A stretch of DNA of 64,000 nucleotides, from assembly GCA_030141605.1 (NCBI GenBank), contig JAQGDQ010000018.1, positions 620,001 to 684,000 on the forward strand. The letters run 5' to 3'. Below are positions 49,401 through 62,800 of the stretch, piece by piece. A program made the position numbers and the translations under genes. The stretch is from Tubiluchus corallicola. Lineage: Eukaryota; Animalia; Priapulida. Numbering within the stretch: position 1 is the first letter of the stretch; the number at the start of each line of letters is the position of its first letter. The notes below the pieces were generated by a model. That model saw only the letters and a program-made list of their open reading frames with translations, was not told where the DNA came from and searched no databases.

Positions 49401-50859
49401 CACAGACATAACCAAATGATTACAAACAGGTACTGTTTTATTCAAGAGAATCTCGGTTATCCAATCATGCTATTCGTTTAAGCATTTATACATGATTTAA
49501 TTGATAAAACTAAGAATAACAGCAATTTTCAGACACTCCAACTTACCCAATTGAGTAGCTTAGTCTGGCTTACACTTGCATCATCGTACACACTAACTTA
49601 TTGATTGTATGTTGTGCAGAGTTCTGCTGCTATTCTAGAAAAAACTAATCTATCAGCCAAGTATAATTTAAATTCATTTCATCTTTTAACTTAAAAATAG
49701 AGTAGACTTGAGTCTGGAAAACTGAAATTTTCTGTATTAGACGATTTCATGCAGGTGATACTGTACATTTTAATTGTGCAAACACTGCGACTGCTAAAAG
49801 CTCTTTTTAATATTTTCGTCAAGAATCGACTTTTAATTTGCCTAAGACAAGCAAATGCCGATATGCATTTCATATAATTATGTGAATGTCCATTGTGTGA
49901 AGAGTAGAAACTTACAAAATTTGCCAGTATAGTGTAATCGTTGCTTAATAAAAGCAGTTTTTGATGAACCCATGCCAAATGCAACAAACTCTTACGGTCC
50001 TGAAGGAGTTAAGTATCGATAATATAATAATAAAGTGTCTAATCTTACAACAGATGTTTAATTTTACGATTGCGCCATTAGTTTTCGCTGCAAACCTCTG
50101 CATTTTGCCATTTACTATTTTACTGACAGAGCAGTAATATCCATCAATTTTCGATTTTGCAAACACATCTAACATGCTTATATTATTTCTGCCATTTCAA
50201 AATTACATTTACTTGTGCTCTGTAGACTTGTTTTATTAACAGAAATATTTTGACACTTTTATAATGGTAGTTGTAAGTCTCCATAGTTATAATTTAACTT
50301 TTTTGATACAGTCTTCCACTGTAGTTACAACAAATTCCACATACATTAGATTATTATTAACACCTAGGTGGTTCCACTGCGGGTTTCCTGATTATAATAT
50401 AGGTGCCAAAACATATATTTTTTATCGTACGTCAAAATGGGAGAGGACATAAAACATGGTTCATTTATATATGTTATAGCCAAAATAAGTACAAAATGCT
50501 ATAGGCCTTTTTGGGTTTTTTGTCATCTTGCTTTTAAATTTGTTTCCTTTTATTCTTTATATTTTTATTTACCTGTATATTCATTTACTTATTAATTCAC
50601 TCACTTATTCACCAGTTAATTAATTTGTTTTACATGGTTAAGAAAATCTTGGCTTGGCAGGACTAGAGCATATTATGTGCCAATAAATCGGCTTGAATGG
50701 AATCCACAGGAACGAAGTTTTTGCTTCGTATTTTTTTCAACATGTCAGCGCTCTGATTAAAGCATGTCAAGCGTTACTTCTATACTTTGCAAAAGTTCAG
50801 ACTATTTCGTTAGTTATGAGATGGGTATGGAATAGCGTGCTTATAAAGATAAAAATAAA

Positions 50860-53800
50860 ATGAAAAACTGGCTTGGAAAACTTCGCTTCGTTAAGGGCTT
50901 GCGCAATATTTATAGGTAAGTGTTGAAATGAAAAATCGGTAGTGACAGTACTGTAGTTTCTCAGAATAAGATTAGTGGGTGGTTTACGGTCCACATTGGA
51001 GTAGGCAAAATCAGGGAGGACAATGCCTTTGGGATGTTAGGAATTTTTAGTTTCATTTTTGAACAGTGTGTTATAATATGTGAATAATGTAGCTACTGAC
51101 CAATGTAGTTTCAATGTTAGTACTGCTATTCTGTTTCCCCGTATTTTATTGATTCTATTCCAGAATTCTCTTGTACTGTTTTTTTAATTCGTTTAGCTGT
51201 TCTGCTATTTTTAAGAAACTAAGTATTTTTACTTCTTTTTTTACCTTAACATTATCACACATGTTTTCAATTGATGTCTCAAGAACACATCTTGGCGGAT
51301 ATTTTCTTATTTGCCTGTTAAAAAGTTACTTTAAAAGTTAAAAAAGTAAAGAAAGTCTTCTAGTTTTCTCCTATTTACAGCTCTTAGATTACAACGACAT
51401 CATAAATTTGAGAGCTTTCTGCCACAGTTATTTATAATTTTGTCCATGTTATTGTGCATTTTTGTACATATTAGAAATAAAACATAAATTCAATGTAAGT
51501 GCCTTCAAAAGAAAAAAAAATAGGGAAAGTACAAAATGTGCTTTTTAGTGAAAATTGTGGTTGCATAAAAAGAAAGTGGCTTCACTGATATCAGACTAGC
51601 TAATTTTTACAGTCTTCACTGTCCAGCTTTTGCAGTTTTTTGTCTTAAGTAAGTTTTTGTAACTTATTTAATGAACCTGCTAGATTCAGATAGTTGTACT
51701 ATTGTTAGATAATGTACAAAACAAGATAAGTAAAAATCCAATTGAATTGTGCTAAACATGCTTTCCTGCATTTTATAACATTTTTGTGGCCTGTGAACTC
51801 TGAAGTTTATTTCTCTAAGCTGTTTACCTGTATCACATTTTGGATACAGCCCAAAATGGATACAGGCTGTATGATAGTGAGAATCTGTATGAAGATGATG
51901 TATGAAATGTTATGTGAGACACTGAGCTGACATAAACGTTTTAACCTATTTGGATATGAATTTATTTTCCCTGAAAGAGGAACATAACTCAAGGCAGTAG
52001 TCGCTGTACTAGAGGTTTAATGTTCTTAATTATTATAATTTTTATTATCATGATGTGATCTGCCACAAGCACACATCATGACTGCTGTGCTCTTACTCTC
52101 ATCATACGCACAAGAATGTAAGTATAGAAGTTTTTCTGTAGCTTGTTCTTAGATGTATGTGTTACAAAAATCATCTCGGTTTAATTTTTTTGATATGCAC
52201 AACATGCTTTCTGAAAATTTTTTGTGTTTCTGCCTTTGCTTAACTGTTTCTATTTATGACTACCTATCCTTTGCATCTTTTTGTAATTTTGCATTGCTTA
52301 GAAACATCAAAAGTATAAATGGGAAAATCAGGAATGCCAATCTGTTTGCTGACAGTGCAATGATTCTCATAAACAAAATTTTAATTATTGTTACACACTA
52401 TCTGTTTTAGTGCAAAACATTATTGTGTCCAGGCAGATGCACTTAAACAAAAGGAAGGCAAGCAACTACATGGTTATATAGTACAAAAGGTAAGCACATT
52501 TAAAAACATTTTTTGCCAAGCTGTATACTGTAAAGCTATCATGCATTGTGGTACTTATGCTTGGAAAATGTTTGTGAAGTTTTAAAACCTGCAGTAAACA
52601 ATTGGTACTACCTAGCAGTTTATGTATAATCTACCATGTCTTTATATCATTATCAACTATTATCAACAAATATCTGATCAGGAATAGAAAAATTACAGTC
52701 TTTATTTGAATTCTGAGTAAGTTTCAGCTGAAATAATTTATTCATTCAATAGGTTCAACCGATACCTGAGTTGTACTTAACGGCTGTTAGGTTAAAACAT
52801 GAGGCAACTGGGACACAACATTTGCATCTGGCCCGTGAAGATAAAAATAATGTATTTAGGTATTACTTTAATGTTGCTTTGTGAATATGACGTGTCACTT
52901 GTGAACAATCATTTCACATTTTATCTAAACATCTACAATCATTCATGTTTTCGTAATGTTGAAAATCAATTTCTTCTCACTCTACGCAAAATTTATTTTG
53001 TAAACTGATATGTGATGACTTTTATGTTAGCATGCGGCTCCAAGCATCATTGTATAATGACAGATCAGAAACTGTTTGCTTTCGAGAAATACCTGTTCAT
53101 TTTATGTACAAAAGATTTAATAGGGCACAATTGATAATGCACAATTTACCAACTCTAGCATGTTCCTGTGTTAATTATTGAGCAGCTTGTTCCGAATCAT
53201 ACTTATTGGAAAGTAAACACTATCATTAATTGCTGTTTACAATGGTGCTATGTAGAGCTAAGACGATTAACCATTTAACCGACTGCAATTAATAACAGTT
53301 AAATGGTTAGTTAAAAAGCCTAACCATCTCACCTTTAGTGCTATGTGTTTTCAATTTTTCCAAAGCCATTCTTTATAGAATTTCAACAATTGTCTTGCCC
53401 CAGGTAACTTTTCAATAAATCTTTTACAAACGCATCTATTATCATTTTTGTCAAGTGTACCATGTATCTTTTAGTCCATGTCAAAAGGATGCAATGTTTT
53501 ATGTTATCTTTTTAAAGCAGCAGCTACATTTTGTAAATTTTTTAAGATAAAATATGATTCTTAATATCTGCAAAGCAAATATATTTTCAAACAATATATA
53601 TATATATATTTTCTACATAAATAAGCTTTATATTTGAATTTGCATTGAAGATTAATTACAAAAAGCTATAATGTGTAAAATATACCCTATATCACATAAT
53701 CGCAATTTTTTTCGTGTTGCAGTGTAGCATTTAGAACAACTCCAATGGACAACACGGGAGTGCCGCACATATTGGAACATACTGTTCTATGTGGTTCCCA

Positions 53801-56800
53801 GAAATTTCCTTGTAGAGATCCATTTTTCAAAATGCTGACCAGATCTCTTGCTACTTTTATGAATGCTTTCACTTGTAAGTGCGTATATTGTTTCTTTGTG
53901 TATTATACTGCACATTTATACAGTACATTATACAGTACTTGGCATGTAGTCTCGATATGTATTTTACCATTTATGCCTTTTTGCTAGTCACTATACACTC
54001 ATATCTCGGTTTGCTGGACCTCGTTTTTACGGATATAGGAAAAATCGGCAAAATCTGGACCTTTTAAAAGTCCCGCATACTATGAACACAGTTCGTTGTT
54101 TTGCGATCACTAGTTGGCGGTCCGTCACTTTGTTTACATCATTGCATCCAAGTAGTTAACCGCTAGTTGGTGGGCCGTCACTTTTTTACATCACTACATC
54201 CGTGCAACCAAGCAACGTGTGATGACACTTGTAGCATGTATGTCAGGAGCAGCCCATACTAGACGTTTCTGAGACTATAAGGCGATTGATTCTATATTAC
54301 CTTGAGTCTAATACACTGTGCCTACTGTATTAGCTTAGTATTGGTAAATACGGACAATCGGCAAATTCTGATTGACGTCTCCCAGCTTTTGTCTGGCAAA
54401 CTGAGATATGAGTGTATTTTTTAATTTCATTAATTTTTATTTTCATTTTGCTTTTTAGCGAGTGATTGGACGATGTATCCATTTTCAACACAAAATCCCA
54501 AGGATTTTGAAAATTTATTGTCTGTGTATCTAGATGCTGTCTTCTTTCCCAAGTTAAGTGAACTTGATTTCTTGTAAGTAACATCTTTTTTGCATACATC
54601 CGATCGTGTCAAGCCTAATACATTTTAACTTGTCAATTGTCTCTGGCACAATATATAGTGCATAAGTCCGAAGGTTTTATAGTTTGTAAAATTTTGTTCT
54701 TGTATTATAAATAACAAAGATACTCATTAATCCAATGAAAAATAAGATATGGGAGCCATTACAAGTTTAAAGGAAAACTGGGCGATTGTGTAAACATTAG
54801 TTAAAAGTAAAGTAAGTTCCATAAATGTGCTTGACGCTCAGTGAAAAGCCTACCATTACACAAACTACGGTTAGCTTGTGATGTAAACGATAGCTGTGTT
54901 CGGTTGCCGTTAATTAAATTTCCAAGGTAATTATTTAAATATTTGAAACAATTGCTAACTTTTATAATGTGCAAGAAAATGTATATTATGGAGAGTAAAT
55001 TAAAATGACATTGAGTCTAATCAGTTGTCCGGTTTTCCTATAAGAATCAATGCAGGGAGCTATTACTTGTAAGTGTGCTCAATATTGGATAGTAGATATT
55101 GAAACAAGGAATAGCTCTGATACAACAGATTATACTTAGAATATGTTGGTTTATACAACCTCAGTTAAAACCAAGCTCTCTCACTTAATATTCACAACCA
55201 AATTTCCATGAAATTATTGTAATAAAATGTTAATATATGTTTGTAGGTGAATATTATTATTAAGTATACTGTATTAATGAGTTTGGAATTGTTTAATACG
55301 ATTTATGTAATTGACTTTATAGGTGGTTTAAGACTTAATATTCCATTTCCTGTGTGAGAAGTGATTTTGATTACTTGGTGAGGGTGTTTGTTACTTAAGC
55401 ATTTTTTCTTATTAGGCAAGAAGGTTGGAGATTAGAGCACAAGGAAGTAAATGATGTTAAGTCACCTGTGGTTTTTAAAGGAGTCGTATTCAATGAAATG
55501 AAAGGTGCATTTGTAAGTAAACTTTTTTAAACATTAATGTTCGCAGTGATGTATAGATGATTAGCTTTATATAATTTTTACTTTTGATTCAATGAAGTTC
55601 AATTATTTTTATTACACATGAATGTTTTTTTTGTAAATCTATATTAATTTTATTGTAGGCTAGTCCTCACCAACTATATGCACAGTATCTACAGAATAAG
55701 TTGTTTCCTAGTCATACATATTCATTCATAAGTGGTGGAGAGCCAATTTCTATACTAGATCTGTCATGGGAAAAGTTAAAGCATTTTCATTCTGTTTACT
55801 ACCATCCGAGCAATGCAAGGTAGTAATAATCAAGTTCTCACTATTTTTGTAGCTTCTATTTGCTTAAAAGAACAGCAGTTAATATTTATTTCATGTTTAG
55901 TAGTTCTTCACTGTAGTCTTGTATTTTTGCGAAGTGTTTGCAATATTTTGAATTTTGAGTTCATTTGTAAATTATTAAGTTTACCTCAAAATCTTTTGCC
56001 TAAACAGTTTCAAAAGCTTGCAGACTTTTAAGAATTTCTGCAAGTGAAGCAGAATGCTGTCAAATTTTAAATGTTTGTCTCATAAAAACTTTTTATTGTG
56101 GCAACATTTTGCTTCACAATTTCCTGAACTCTCTTTGTTTATTAATTTATTTATTGTACTTGAAATAAAAGAACTAGGCGTTTTTTTCTGAAAGTTTTCA
56201 TTAGCTCAATTCATTCTGAAATTCTAGGTTCTTTACTTATGGTGATATGCCTCTGGAACGTCATTTAGAGTTGATAGATTCATTAGCATTACAAAAGTTC
56301 TCTCGAATTGATGCTGGGACACAAGTACCAGATGAAATGCGATGGACATCACCAGTTAGTAGTTTTTAAGCTGTTATTGTCATAGCTGAAGGCCTCCACT
56401 GCTGTGTTAAAGTTCAGAAATTCGCAGATATTTGAAAGCTTAAAAATATTTGATACAGTAATATTAGCATGAATACCTGTGCAGCGTAAGTGTGTTTTTA
56501 AAACTGCCTTGCTAGATGATTTTTGAATAATACAAATTTGTGATGTTCCCTGCATAACTAAAATATAAAATTAGATGTTACAGAAATTGTTAGACATTAA
56601 ACAACAGAGAATATTTATTAATGTGTTGTTATTAGGGTGCCTGCATGTTAAACATTTTCGTTATCATAGAACAACAGGTAGTGGTTCTAGCAGTGCCACA
56701 CGTGATTGCCAGCCAAATACAGAAATCTGAAAAGGACTTTAGTAAAATAGACTGCATTTAGAAGACTGCAAATTTCAGGTTTATAAATTTACTGTTTTTC

Positions 56801-59800
56801 AAATTAATATTGAAAATCAACCCTTTCTTCTTAGAAATCAGATGTAGTAAGTTGTGCTCCAGACAAGATGGCTGCCAATCCAGAGAAGCAGGCAATGGTA
56901 TCCATTTCATATCTGCTTAACAGGTAAACAGCTTTGGCTAATTCGAAACTAAATTTTAAATTTAGTTTTAAGTATTTTTGATGGCGCATTGCTTGATACT
57001 TTAATCTGCTGTATTTTATACTAAAGATACAATTATTCAAAGTATTACAGATTCATTTGAAGCTTTGACACTAAACATACTTGGGAGTTTACTGACAAAT
57101 GGACCAACATCTCCATTTTACCAAGTTTTGATAGAGTCAAATATTGGGTCTGACTTTTCACCTGGCACAGGGTTTGTTTCTTTACTTTATAGTCTTAAGA
57201 ATACCTGGTTATTTTTACATCAGTGCAATTGAAGCTTTTTCTTTTTTCATGTTGGATATTTTTCGAGAATCCCATCTTTTAAAATTAAAATGCAATAAAA
57301 GCCAGGTAAAACTAGGAATCTTTATGTTTTTTCATATACAGTTACCATGGAGATACAAAAGAAGCCTCTTTTTCTGTTGGTTTACAAGGTGTATCAGAAA
57401 GTGATGTCAGTCGTGTGTTAGATATGATAGAAAACACCATTGACACTGTTGTTCGGTGAGAATATATTTTATTTTATTAGTTTTTCACTGAGTGACATTA
57501 AATCATACTGTTGTTGTTTCTTGCTTATGCAATGTAAGGCAAAAAATCATTATAAGTCTGATAACTACTTTATGTATGAGTCTGTGATAATGATTCTATC
57601 TGTTTTGGGCTAGCATGGTTTTGACCCCTTGCATTACGTGTCCTGATTATTCACATAGTTACAAGTGCACAGCTTTGCAATTTGGATGCATATAAGACAT
57701 ATATGAACAATTGTCTTTATTAGTTCAGTAATAATACTGCAGGTGGCCTTTGCTGTGTACAGGAACTCTAAAGAGTCTAGACTGTTTACCTTCATCCTAT
57801 CCTTATTTGATGTCGTTGAGTCACATAGTAATTTTTTGTCTTAAATAACTATATATGAACACCTGATAATTGCAATGTTTACTAGTTATTATACCATAAC
57901 ACCAGAATGGAATTTATTTTGTTTTTATTTTAAATTTGGTTGCAATAGTATTTGGAAAGCTTTCTTCAATATTTTGGTACTAATAGACAATAAGATTATT
58001 TAATATATGTTGTTGTAAAAGTTTTTTATTTACAGGGATGGTTTTCCAACTGAGAGGATAGAATCAATTCTTCATATGATCGAGCTTGGTCTGAAACACC
58101 AAACTGTCAACTTTGGACTAAATCTTTGTGTGGTGCGTTGAAAATAATTATTCTAGAGTTTAGGTTGATACTATTTCATAAACGGATGGCAAGAAAAACA
58201 TATGTTCTTAGATTGGTGTCGTTTTTTTCGACAAGTAACGTGCCATTTTGCATTACTTGTTCCACTTTAATGACTCAACAAGCAAGAGTGTACTGTGATG
58301 AACAGTGAAAAAATATTCAGTGAAAAAGCTCTGAGTACACTATCTTGTATACTTTGCTATGAGGTGTTGAAGTGGTCCTGCTATGAACAAGACAGCTGAT
58401 GACAGAATAACATGGCAAGTTGTGCACCATAAACTTACTTTTTTTATCTTTATCTTTGTGGTACAGTAAAAATATAAGTGAAAATAGAGGTCAAGAAGAA
58501 AAACTAGTACAACAGATGAAGTGTACCACTCATTGAAACATTATATAGCAAACTAAGACAAATTAGGGAATCATAGTATTCTTTTAAATCTGAGTTCAAA
58601 ATTTGGCTAACATTACAATAAAAAAGTACTAATATAGTCTTAACATTTTGACATTTGAGGTGACAAATCTGTATGCAAATCCTACAATTTTTATCATAAA
58701 ACTGATATCTTCTAATTATATTTTGAATCTTAGTTTTTTTTTTGACATTCAGTTGTAGTGGTTCCTTAAAGAGTTTCATTTGTTCAAACTGCAAACAATG
58801 GTAAAATTATCACATCTGCCATCGTTTGCACGCATGCATGTTGAAGTTGTTTCTCAGCTAGGATGTTATTGTTAATGCTTTTTAGGGTCTTGCATCTGTT
58901 TGGAATCATGATGGTGAGCCAATAGACTCCATGGTAATTAACAAAAACGTGTCAGAGTTTAAGGAGTGCTTAGCCAAAAACCCAAATTTTTTAAAAGAGA
59001 AAGTTCAACAGTATTTCAAGGTATTTTGATTCCATTATTTTTATTTTGTTGCTTCTGTTTTCCAATCAAATTTTTCTTTAAACTTTCAATACAAAGTATC
59101 TTATTATGTTAAATTTGTTGATAATTGTTAGGGCAATCAGCTTATTTCATAACAGCAGCATACTGATCTTCTGAAATTGGTTTTAGGATAATCCACATAA
59201 ACTAATCTTGACAATGAAGCCAAAAGATAATTACCTCGAAGAAAGAAAGAAATTAGAAGAGAAAAAGCTCCAGGAACGGCTTGAAAAGCTATCTGTATCT
59301 CAAAAGGCTACTATTTTCAAAAAAGGTATTATAGTGGCGTACTTAAAAAGTGAATACATTGTAATATTTACTATAGGGAATAGTTAGAGTTTGTGAGCTG
59401 CTGAACAACCTTCAACCAGAGATGGGCAGATAGCGGATATGTGGTTGCGGAAGTCTGTGGCTTTGTGGATTGTGGTTAGATTAGAAAGTGATATCCGCAT
59501 ATCTCTGCCTTCAACCTATCTGTTCTAATGGAAAGATTATGAGTTCCTGGGCAGCAGTAACTCTTAACTGTATAACTGTTAATTTATTCTGTTGTGATGA
59601 TGTCGTTTAAGAATGACAGGTTGTTTACTTGTTGATAGTTTGAAAATTTATTGATCTGATTACTAAAGATTTAGTTAACTGGTTTTTAAACATTTCTAGG
59701 CAAAGAGTTGGTTGAGCAGCAGAGCAAACAGGAAGATGCCTCAAGTCTGCCGACTTTGAAGATTAGTGATATAGAACATAAAAAAGAATCTACCGTTTTG

Positions 59801-62800
59801 TCACACACTAGGCTTGGTATGAATCATAGTTAATATCTTCTGCATGTGTCACTTTTTTTAGGAAAAAGAAAAACACGGTATCAAAATATCATACGAGCAG
59901 ATAGCAGATTATCATCAGTAATGTCGAGCAAGTGTTAAGAGTGTGGAGAGAATGTTGAAATTGTATTTCAAGATAAAGATGTATTAGTAAGAAGTAGCAC
60001 ACTTGTTTTTCTCATAAGTACTTATAGTGCAAACTTTTATTTACAGTACCAGTACTAATTTGTGCTATTTGCAGGAGAAGTTTCTCTACAAATTTGTGAG
60101 CAACCAACCAATGGAGTGTCATATTTTCGGGCCTTTATTAACACCGAAATGGTGCCGGATGAGTTAAAACCTTACCTACCTATCTTCTGTGATGTGGTAA
60201 CTGAGTATGCATTAAAAAAATTAATAAATTCACTTCTGTTGTAATTGTTAGTGTTGTCCATGTTACAGCATCATATAATGACATCAGTGATTGGACAGCT
60301 TACCCATTCTGACTCTTCGTGTTCATTAGGTCACGTTACTTTTTTCCAACTACGATTTTTTGCTACATAAAAATGCACCCCATAAATCGCTCCCCCATTT
60401 TTGCGTAACAAATTTAGAAAGTTTGCCCTTGTTGAAAAGTAGCCCATTTTCTCACACATTTTTGTAACTAATTTTTTGATGCTTAGCCATTTGTGTCAGG
60501 CCGTTATTGTTAATTCTTTTTATTTAATCAGTCGATTTAAAGGCATTGTGTATTCATCATGGAACATTCTTCTATCAGGACAAAGTTTGCTCTAAATGAT
60601 ATTTTCTTACTATGCAGTTACTTTTTTATTTAAAGGCATAATGGCACTGTTTTATTTTGATTCAATGAACATTTAGCATATAAACATCTTTTTACTGGCG
60701 TTTAAAAGTGCAATGTATGAAGAAATGTGGCAGCACTCTGAAAATTGTCTCGCTTGCTTTTGCGGACACTAGCATCGTGCTACAAAGTCCCTGAGAAAAC
60801 ATTTCTTTGAAGTTTTTCCTGGGTTAAGTAATGTTTTTTCTAGCTGTGGTGGCAACCTTAGCTGCAAAAGTTAAGCAGCAGTATGTAAATGAATATACAT
60901 TCATCATATGTCAAACAATCTAAAATATTTGAATTGTAGTTTATGTCGGTATCTTAGTTAGCAAAAACTTTAGTGTATTAGTTTGTGAAAAGATTTTGAC
61001 TATGACTGTTAAAGCCAGCATTGTTGATTTATCATTTTGTAAAATGTACCAGGATTTGATTTTATTACAACAAATTAGCAGACTTTTTAACTGCTTTTGT
61101 TAATTTCAGAGTAGTAGTTCTCCTTGATTGTGTTTTCACATTAATGCAGTGACATCCTTTGTTTATCTATTGTGCTGGGGTAGTCTTCCTAATACTATTC
61201 AGTTAGAGTGCCTGGGTAATCTATGTAATTAAGCTGTCCACCTGAGTCTGTCACACAACTCTTAACCACCACTGAATTTTCTTGCATTTTAAGGCATTTT
61301 GTAGAATTTTGAACCTATTTGAAGATAGTTCTGTAGTTTAATGACGTTTACCTAATCAAAAATTCACTGCTGCTTTCCTTTTGGCTGAAATGATAATGGA
61401 GAATATGCTACACACAGTACATCAGCGTGGCACTGATTAACTAACCATTTTAAAAGTCACTTCATATAATAGTGCAAATTTATAATATGCTTGTTTTAAT
61501 TACAGGGTGGGAGCTGGCAAGATGGATTTTAGGCAGCTGGCTCAGGCGATAGAATTGAAAACTGGAGGCCTTTCAGTTTCAAACATTATCACTGATCATC
61601 ATTCTGATATTGCTACTTACGAGCAGGTATCATCATTTGCTAGCTGTCATAATGAATATACTAATTATATTACAGTTGTTATGTGAATTTTGGTTGATAC
61701 TTAAGCATTTATGACATTTGGGTCTGCAATGCCTGGCTGCCTACATGCTACTAATCTTTTTTGTTGTAGTCCTTATTAGCCCACATTTTGAAAGAAATCC
61801 GTAACTGTGTCACTTTTGAAACTGCATGTAGTGAATTCTTACAATGTGATACTAGAGCATAAATGTTCCTGGGTTGACTGATAACTGTAGATTTTCTACA
61901 TGGAAGTAATAACTTCATTACATTTCAGAAAAGGGCTCTCCCAAACCTGGCAGTGTCTTAAACATGTTTATTTGAGCTATCTCTAAGGCATGTGTAAACA
62001 GTTAAATAAGTCTATTGACGTAAATCGGATATTTATAATGAAAATTTGAAAGAATTTTCACTTCAGAAACCTAATTTTGTGTTTGTGTGGCTAGTTATTT
62101 GTAGTTACATGCATTTCACCATTTCTAGACTGGCACTAGTGCTTGCATCTCATGTTGCGCAAAAAATGGGCATTATACTTCTCAGTTGTGATGTAGCACA
62201 CATGTTCAAGAGTTGATGCATGAGCAAGCGGGTAGATTTGAAATTTAAACTTTTAAACATAAAATTCACGGAGTTTTTGTGTATAACACTGAATTACTCA
62301 CAGTAGTATTGCACTTTAATTTTCATTTTGCATACATGCGCAACATGTTCGTGGCGTGTTTGTGCTGTTGGAAATTATATTCAGTTATGATGTCATCACT
62401 AACTGGGCTCACCGGCTCTTAGTTAAACACTTTGACATTATTATAGCTGTTAAAATGTATATTTTTTACCTTACGTCAAAGTGGAGTCATCCTGTTTTCC
62501 TTTAATCTTAACCTGATTGAAGCTGACAATACAAGTATGTAAAATGTGGCATCTCAGCTTTGGCAGCCTTTTGCATACTGATTCTAGGTCACAATTTTTT
62601 GCAGTTACTTGAGAGTGGTCCGGTACATTGTTACATTGACCACGAGTGAGCTTCGGTTGAAACGTCGAGGTCACTGATCAGTGATGTATTTGATTTTTAG
62701 AATTTTGTAATTTGAAAAATGCACATATGGTTCGTCCAAACGAACAACATAGATACTATAAACAGCAGAAATGATATTATATTAGAATTTGACCTTGGTT

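Noticed and set aside
53005-53068. Second C/D-like motif (GTGATGA ... CAGA, CTGA/TCAG stem)
   Set aside because: Non-consensus D box and only a 4-bp stem. Similar weak motifs near 51890, 57580, 59595 and 63285 are also consistent with chance.
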